From: Mobula birostris
Taxonomy: Eukaryota
DNA: 64,000 bases
Direction: 5' to 3'
NCBI RefSeq assembly: GCF_030028105.1
Contig: NC_092376.1
Coordinates: forward strand, 60,188,935 to 60,252,934
Under the pieces are notes generated by a model, which saw only the letters and a program-made list of their open reading frames with translations, searched no databases and had not been told where the DNA came from. Within the stretch, counting starts at the first letter, position 1; each line of letters begins with the position of its first letter. The position numbers were made by a program, and so were the translations under genes. Of the stretch, positions 60,383-64,000 are shown piece by piece.

Positions 60383-61354
60383 CTTAGTTTTGTTTAAAAT
60401 TACTCTCAAGTATTGCAATATGACAGTTGCTTTTTTTTCCCTTGGATAACGCACAGAGTTGCAAGTGCCTTGTGTTTCAGGTGTAATGAATACAGCTAGT
60501 TTATGCAATAATTCAATAGGTTGACATGCTTGACATAGACAAAGCAACAAAATTATTTATTATTTTTGGAATTACTTTATCAAATGGTTTTTGATTAACC
60601 CTCAGATGTGGTTACTGTCTGTGTTGGTCATTAGCATTCATTGTTAAAGTTTCTGTGTATTTAAAAAAAACTCCCTTGTCGAAAAGTCTTGTAATTACTG
60701 GCCTCCTGGTTCTAATTATTTTCCATTCAATGTGTATGTTCCAAGAGGACAATATTTTAGCCAATTGCATGTTTTAATTCTGTTCTCCAGCACTGACCAT
60801 CACACTTAATGTGCCCTGCTTGTTGTAACACTCTCTCCTACTGTCTACGCCTTGTTAAGTCTAACCCCATCTACAGTTTAAAAACTCAGCTCTACTTGCA
60901 GTGTCATCTCTATTATTTTTGCTCTTGTTTGGTTTCCTTTTCTGCTCCTTATCCCATTTTATGATAATAAATTTTATTATTTTGCTGTATAAATACAAAT
61001 TGTTGTTTTGAGCTATTATTTTAAGTTGAAGTGGTGGACAATTTACTTTCCTTGATAGTGTCACTGAATTAGACCTGAATTAGACCATAGCTGGTACAAT
61101 AGTTTGACCTGTTGCTAAAAGTTTTATTTTGTCTATTTGCAGGATGATCTCAACTTATAATTTTCCGGGGAAGGTGTGTAGAAAATTGAGTATTTGTTGT
61201 TCAGGAACCTTGGTGTGATTGAAGTGTAAAACACCTTGGTTGAAGAAAACGGGTAAATATTTAATCCTTTTCCCTTCTACAGGAAGTGGGATTAGTGGTT
61301 TATCTTATTGAATGGCAAGAGATTTGCTTAATTGAATTGCTTTGAAAATGGGCT

Positions 61355-62350
61355 TTTTGACCCAACGTCCTTGCTGACCAAAGTTTTCACTTACATTAGT
61401 ATGATTTTTGTCTGCGCTTGGCCCATATCTCTCTAAACCATTTCTATCCATTCACCTATCCAAATGTTTTATTGTACCTGCCTCAGTGACTTTTTTTGGC
61501 ATTTGTTCCATAACCACTCCACCTTCTGAAGAAAGTTTTTAGTTTGCTTACCTTGGGAAGAGACTACATGCATCTGCCCTAACTGTGTTGCTCATGATTT
61601 TATATACTTCTGAGGTCATCCCCTACCTTCTACATTCAACTAAATAAAGTCTTAGTTTGTACAACCTGTTCTTATAACTCAAGCTGTTAAGACCTGGCAG
61701 TTTTTTCAAATCTTTGTGCCTTTTCCAGCTTAACAATGTCTTTCCTATGATGGGGTAACCAAAATTATACACAGTACTAGAAGTTCAGCCGTGCTAACAC
61801 CTTGCACAATGGCAACATAATGTCCCAATTATTGCACGCTGTGCCCTGGCAGATGAAGACCCATGTGCCAAACGCATTCTTCTCCACTCTGCCTACCTGT
61901 GACTCGGTGAATATGTATTTGGATTTCTAAGTCCTTCTGTTCTATAACACTTCCCAGGGCTCTACCACTCACTGTACAAGTCATATCTTGTTTTGACTTC
62001 TTGAGATGCAATACCTTTCTCTTATCTGCATTGAAAGCCATTTGTCAGTCTTTGGCTCTCTTGCCTTGCTGATTAAGATTCCACTAATTATTGCTAACAT
62101 TTTGTTATCTACAAAGCCATTTATTTTAGCATTACCTACAAACTACAAAATTCTGTTTTGTTCATTTCCATCTAAATCATTATATAATTAATAAATAGCA
62201 GAAATCCTAACACTAATTCTGTTGCAGACACTGGTCACGGAGCTCCGCTCTGTGAAACAGCTTTTCACCATCAGCCTCTGTTACCTCAAGCCAATTATGA
62301 ATCCAGATAGGTCTTTCTCCCTGGATAGCATGTAATCTGATTTTCCAGAC
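61355..62350 (-). mobile_element. Degenerate CR1 LINE 3' fragment
   Basis: MAFNADKRKVLHL...EQKDLEIQIH is the CR1 RT C-terminal region; a CR1-like 3' UTR lies near 61355-61460. Confidence 0.7.
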
Positions 62351-62858
62351 TAGTGTAGATCACCAATTTCATTATATTAACAATTGAACATCCCAGATTA
62401 ATCCTTGTGGCTAATCTCCTTTAACAAAAAAAAAGTTTGGAGTAATGTGATTTTTAAAATGACCACTTTTTGATAATACATCTTCTATACAAAATTTAAA
62501 ATCATCTTGGGGTTAACTTTTCATGTTCACAATACAGGAGGTTATTGTATTTGTGGCAGTCCTGGATAAGGAATACACATCCACTCCAGGATATTAATAA
62601 ATACAGCATTGAATCTGATTGAATAAACACCATAACTATTCATCAACTTCGTGGCTTTCGATTTCAAAGCCATCAAATGTGTGCTATGGCATGGTACGTT
62701 TGTATTACTGTTACCAATGTTAGCACACTGCACATCACAAAATCAGGATCTTGGCCGACTATTGAAAGGACACTTTGAAATGAGTGGGTATCCTCAAAAT
62801 TTTGTAATTAAGTGAAATTAGAATTAATGTGGACTTTTTGTTTTAGGATTGAGAAGAC

Positions 62859-63540
62859 ATGGACAAGATTTTGGAAGCTCTGATGTTGTCCTGCCATCCG
62901 ATGTCTGTAAAGTATATTCTTGTAAGACGTATTTTAGAAGCAGCAAAAGAACCTCTCAACAGTAAACAGTGCATAGCCATGTTTGAGTTGTCTACAAAGT
63001 TCATTCTGTTGAGTGATACACAATTCCAAAAAGATGTGGGTAAGGAGGTTCTAGAAGCTTTTGCCCTGAACCACTCTTCAGACTTTGAGAACTTTTTAAC
63101 TGTGCAATTTATCTTAAAGCTTATGCAAGATGGTTATGGAACATTGAGCAAAGGAAGCATTGACATTTTGGAGTACATTCAGCTAGGATTAAAATATATT
63201 CAGGATAATCCATCTTCTGATGAAGTATTTCATGCCCTTCAGGTTGAGCTTCTCCGACTAGTGTGTGAGAAGCCTGGATCAAAGCTTTGTGCTTGCATTA
63301 GTAAAATTCTTATTCAATATCCTCGGTGTATTCCTAGTGGAAAGTTCCAAGTGGTGTTCTGCCAGCAACTTGTTAGAAGTATAGGGCAGTTCCAATGTAA
63401 ATCACAAGAAGAAGATGAAATTGTGGAATTCCTGGATGAAGTAAACAAAGTAAGCGGGTTGTTGCAAAGAATCTGGCAGACACAAACTGCAGCTATGATT
63501 CCATCCTTGCAGGAGCTGTTCACTGTTATTTCATCAACTG
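62859..63540 (+). CDS. USP35: Ubiquitin-specific peptidase 35, first coding exon (N-terminal helical region); gene continues off-window
   Basis: Acceptor ttttag at 62846, ATG 12 nt into the exon, MDKILEA...RRILEAAKEPL...FCQQLVR...ELFTVISST, donor GTAAG at 63541. The sequence belongs to the USP35/USP38 family. USP35 is preferred from KCTD21 synteny and the 5' UTR intron. Confidence 0.85.
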
Positions 63541-63653
63541 GTAAGGAAAATGTATGTTAAACTTGAGGGAATGATTTTTTTTTGGCTATTTTTCTTTCTC
63601 TCACCCCCATGTCTCGCATGCTTCTTGCAAACCAAGCTAGTTGTCACAGTGAC

Positions 63654-63920
63654 ACAAGAAAAAAAACCCTGCAGATGCTGAAATCTGGAGCAATAATCTG
63701 CCGGGGGAATTCAGTAGGTCGAACAGCATTTGTGGGAGGAAAGGAATTGTGGACACTTTGGGATGAAACCGGAGGAATTCAGCAAGTCAAACAGCATTTG
63801 TGGGAGGAAAGGAATTGTGGAAACCCTGTGTTAGGATTCTGACCTGAAATATCAACAGTTCCTTTCCTCCCACAGATACTTCTTGACCCTCAGAGTTCCC
63901 TTGAGCAGATTGTCTATTGC
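63654..63920. mobile_element. Old inverted PLE-derived insertion
   Basis: Tailed minus arm with an internal ~45-bp duplication; the plus arm ends TTGC. Flanks GCTAGTTGTCACAGTGAC (63636-53) and GCTACTTGTCATGGTGAC (63919-36). Confidence 0.7.
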
Positions 63921-64000
63921 TACTTGTCATGGTGACTAAAGCACCTGCATACTATGCTTGGGGAGATCTAGAAGAAACTGAATATAACATGTCCTATATT

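Noticed and set aside
61143-61252. Possible USP35 5' UTR cassette exon (acceptor tttgcag at 61142)
   Set aside because: Only splice-like motifs with ambiguous donors; it cannot be supported without transcript data.

Overview
Vertebrate genomic DNA, most likely a cartilaginous fish (shark or ray); this is inferred from the HE1-like V-SINEs, CR1 LINEs and protein divergence. Four host genes are supported. MRPL30 (- strand) has its first two coding exons here and the rest off-window left. MITD1 (+) is complete, with 7 coding exons and 246 aa, and sits head-to-head with MRPL30 on a CpG promoter. KCTD21 (-) has a single coding exon of 260 aa. USP35 (+) contributes its first coding exon. The rest is transposon-rich: CR1 and Rex1/Babar LINEs, tRNA-derived SINEs, hAT and Tigger-like DNA elements, a Gypsy provirus with three nested insertions, and an R4/Dong-like relic. 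The most striking structure is a set of Neptune-type Penelope-like element (PLE) insertions. Most carry a minimal type I hammerhead ribozyme (CUGAnGA-stem-GAAAC-GUC). Most are also head-to-head inversions flanked by 10-14 bp target-site duplications. In these, one arm keeps a ~30-40 nt terminal tail and the other stops at or next to the same TGTGTTG(C) motif. Sizes run from a 101 bp hairpin to a 5.2 kb palindrome in MRPL30 intron 2. All calls were made by eye from the sequence; no database searches were run.
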